DNA of 38,147 nt, from positions 8,934,853 to 8,972,999 of the forward strand of contig JBOZIK010000001.1 of NCBI GenBank assembly GCA_051453625.1, written 5' to 3'. Below, one piece after another: positions 35,402 to 38,147 of this stretch (the first letter of the stretch is position 1; the number at the start of each line of letters is the position of its first letter). The position numbers and the translations under genes are program-made. The notes under the pieces were generated by a model. It had not been told where the DNA came from and did not search any database. It saw only the letters and a program-made list of their open reading frames with translations. This DNA is from Welwitschia mirabilis. Lineage: Eukaryota.

Positions 35402-36329
35402 GAGAACTCAAAATCAACTCATTAGGAAACAATGAGCAAAAATAGCAAAGAACCTTGCAAGCCCATTTAACAAGGTTCAAGATCTCAAACCATTCAAAAC
35501 TCTTTATTAGAACAGCCAAAAACCTCTTGTATGTCTTCACCAACCCATGCTTCCATTTTATAGACTCATTTTAGGGTTTCAACTTTCAACTCTAAAAAGA
35601 ACCTTAACTCCACTCCCAACCCACATAGCTTACATACAAATAGCTTTTACAAGTTTATAAGGGCAGAGGCCCTTTTAGCCAATTAAGAGGAAGATAATAA
35701 GACAGGGAGACTTGACTTCATGATTCTAACATTGTTCCACTTGAAGACAAAGTTATTCACTTTTCAAATAAACAAAACTAGCATTAACAAATAACAAAAT
35801 GTTGAACGATAACATTACGATCCAATACAATGCTTTCACTGCTAACCACAACAAAGTAAAACAAGGAAAATGCAAAAGCACCAATAGGGATGTGCACCAC
35901 TTTCAAAGGAATATCCTTGCACAAAAACATCAAACCAGGACTAGGCCTTCTTAAGTTAAATAGATAGAAGATAGTAACAAAAAGGTATTAATAGGTACAA
36001 CCTTCAAAAGCTCCCAATCATGTAGTTTTGAAGTAGTCAACAACTATAAGATGTACATTAGGTAGAACAAAGACTTCCAAATGCACAAAGAACTCCTACT
36101 GGCTGCAGGTAATGTTCCCGGGAGAAAAACAACCCCCCACAACAAAAAAAGAAACAAAAAGTAAAAAAAAAGGGGTTTTGGTGGGGGAGGGGGGTGGACC
36201 AACTTGTCTTGAAGTTTTAGGGTTAGTCTTATAAGAGGAGACAACACCCTTATGAAGCTCTAGGCAGTTCTTTTTCACAGAGCGTTCTCCCTCTTGCTCT
36301 TAACAATCAAAGCCTCACCTGCAAATGAA

Positions 36330-36900
36330 CATTCAATATTCGCTAAATGACAAATCTCTTCGGGCAAAACAACACCGACCGTCTCTTTAAAGTTTAGCAT
36401 AACCAAAGGATTGCTACCTAGTGCCACCACAAGGCTTTTTTATGAGTCAGGTGATAACTTAGAAACGTCACTGCCTTATCCTTATTAGAGTTTTTCACCC
36501 CAATTATAGTCACTTGTGAAATGATAGTGTTGAATCGTTGCAAATAATGGGTCATGCTTTCATTTGGTTGAGGTTTAACATGAGGCAAATTCCGATCCAG
36601 GAGATCCAATTTGGAATGATTTTCTTATGGTAGAGGTTCTCCCGCTTCTTCCACAAATCATTCATAGTCCTTTCTTCTTGCACATATGCAAGAACTAAAT
36701 CATTCAGATAGCATCGAATAACAACCACAGGTGTGTTGTCTGACTTGGCCAATTGGTATGAAAATATAGAACCTAGTTATGAGAGGGTTTTGTATAGGCA
36801 GTGCCAAATCCTTCTCATATAAAGGTCTTTTACATTTAGCTTCCAAAGGTCATAGCTCCTATTATCAAATCTGTCCACCAAAACAATGTTCTTCTCGATG
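36330..36900 (-). pseudogene. Ty1/copia (Tork-like) gag remnant
   Basis: VDRFDNRSYDLWKL; IRCYLNDLVLAYVQEERTMNDLWKKRENLY; ESMTHYLQRFNTIISQV...DKAVTFL (Retrotran_gag_2-like). Confidence 0.8.
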
Positions 36901-37213
36901 TTGTATATGGCTCTCACTCAAATAGGAATCACAAGTTTGTGAATCAAAAATCTATCTCAATACAAGCGATTGAAAACAACACACCAAATCCTACTTTCTT
37001 TGCTTATTCCAATTAGCGATCTTCCTTTGCTTCACTCCACTTCCTAGTACATAGGACTATTGATAAACTTCTACAAGGAACCCTCACTTAACAAATGTTA
37101 TGCTTCAATCCACAATCAAGAGCTTTGATATGACTATTTGTATTCTTTGAAGCTTTGGTTTCCAAACAAGAGCTTTGCACCACTTTCTTGAAGACATAGG
37201 CTAGTGATGAGAT

Positions 37214-37681
37214 TGTTGTGCAATAGGTTTAAGCACGTATTTCATGTTATAGATTTATCAACAGGAATGCATTAAAATAGAACAAAAATCAAGCAAAAGA
37301 AAGAAACAACACACATAGAGTTACAAGGGTTGGGACTTTTTTACCCTACGTCCACAAGAAGTGATGTGGAGCTCTATTGATAATTTAAGAGCAATGTCAA
37401 GGCTACAACAAACAACCCTCAAGTAGGTTTAGATAAGCCCACGGTTAGGGTTTCAAGCCAATCTTAACTTTTATCCTTTCACCCTCCTTATTTTAATAAA
37501 TCACCCCAAGGGAGTTAACACCCTAACTCCCTTTTCCCATATTAATAGAGGAGTCAATATTAAAACTTAACATTACAACATAAAATAACAAACTTGGCTT
37601 CACATATCAACATTTGACACCATCCAATAATCTTGAGTATTGTAACTAGTGAATACAAGAGGTTAGAGAGTAAAAGAACAC

Positions 37682-37744
<63 letters not shown>

Positions 37745-37794
37745 CAAATTGTTTAATAAGAAGATAGAGAAACAACAAAGAATCTCCACTAACA
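37214..37794 (-). mobile_element. Putative 5' LTR of the minus-strand copia element, containing (GA)n
   Basis: TGTT...AACA ends. It shares a U5 block (ACACA...GGTT.GG...TACCCTA.GTC.A.AG....TG.GAGCTCT) with 34655-34720 and lies next to PBS-like motifs. Confidence 0.6.
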
Positions 37795-37973
37795 ATGCAA
37801 GTTACTATGAAGTTCTAGTTGGTTGTCACCTAACTTGTCTCAAACCATATACCAATATAACATCAATATTCAATCATTACTCATTACACATCAATGCAAA
37901 TCAATACACAATTTGAGAATTAGAAATGTAATGTTTCATTTAGTCAAATATTTGAAATACATGACTTACATTG

Positions 37974-38147
37974 TGTTAGAGAAATGCAGCAGAGCAAAAG
38001 CAAACTGCAAACACCAACACACTAGATTTACGTGGAAAACCACAATGTGGGGAAAAACCACGGAAGCAATGCAGAGCTCTCTATTAGAATAAAAGAAAAG
38101 GGCAAGGATACAAGCCGTCCTCAATAGCCCATCTGATGACTCTTGAC
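37974..38147 (-). mobile_element. Ty1/copia LTR 3' end (minus strand), same family as 30811-30940; runs off the window
   Basis: TGTTAGAGAAATGCAGCAGAGCAAAAGCAAA...GGGGAAAAACCACGGAAGCAATGCAGAGCTCTCTATTAGAAT is the reverse complement of the 30811-30940 segment. Confidence 0.8.

Overview
AT-rich, CpG-depleted plant genomic DNA from a draft assembly with many N gaps. It is almost entirely a nest of old, pseudogenised LTR retrotransposons. Left to right: the end of a SIRE-like LTR (1-72); a decayed Athila-type Ty3/gypsy element with pol, an env-like extra ORF and a 3' LTR (about 73-10204); an inverted Athila-type LTR plus PBS (about 11118-12495); a Ty1/copia remnant split by a full-length 11.9-kb Tat/Ogre-type Ty3/gypsy element (14825-26709, with two LTRs, TSD, tRNA-Asn PBS, PPT and an extra aRH domain); unexplained sequence; copia LTR ends and MITE-like pieces; and an inverted, internally deleted Tork-like copia element (34600-37794). 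The only host-gene sequence recognised is one intact 156-nt exon of a peptidase S28 (EDA2-like serine carboxypeptidase) gene at 34256-34411, so most of the window may be intronic. The most unusual signal is a ~600-800 bp non-coding module with conserved, partly self-complementary blocks and a tRNA-complementary motif. It is shared by the 3' UTRs of the Athila and Tat elements and partly duplicated in the Athila element. All calls were made by eye with no database searches, and many boundaries are approximate.
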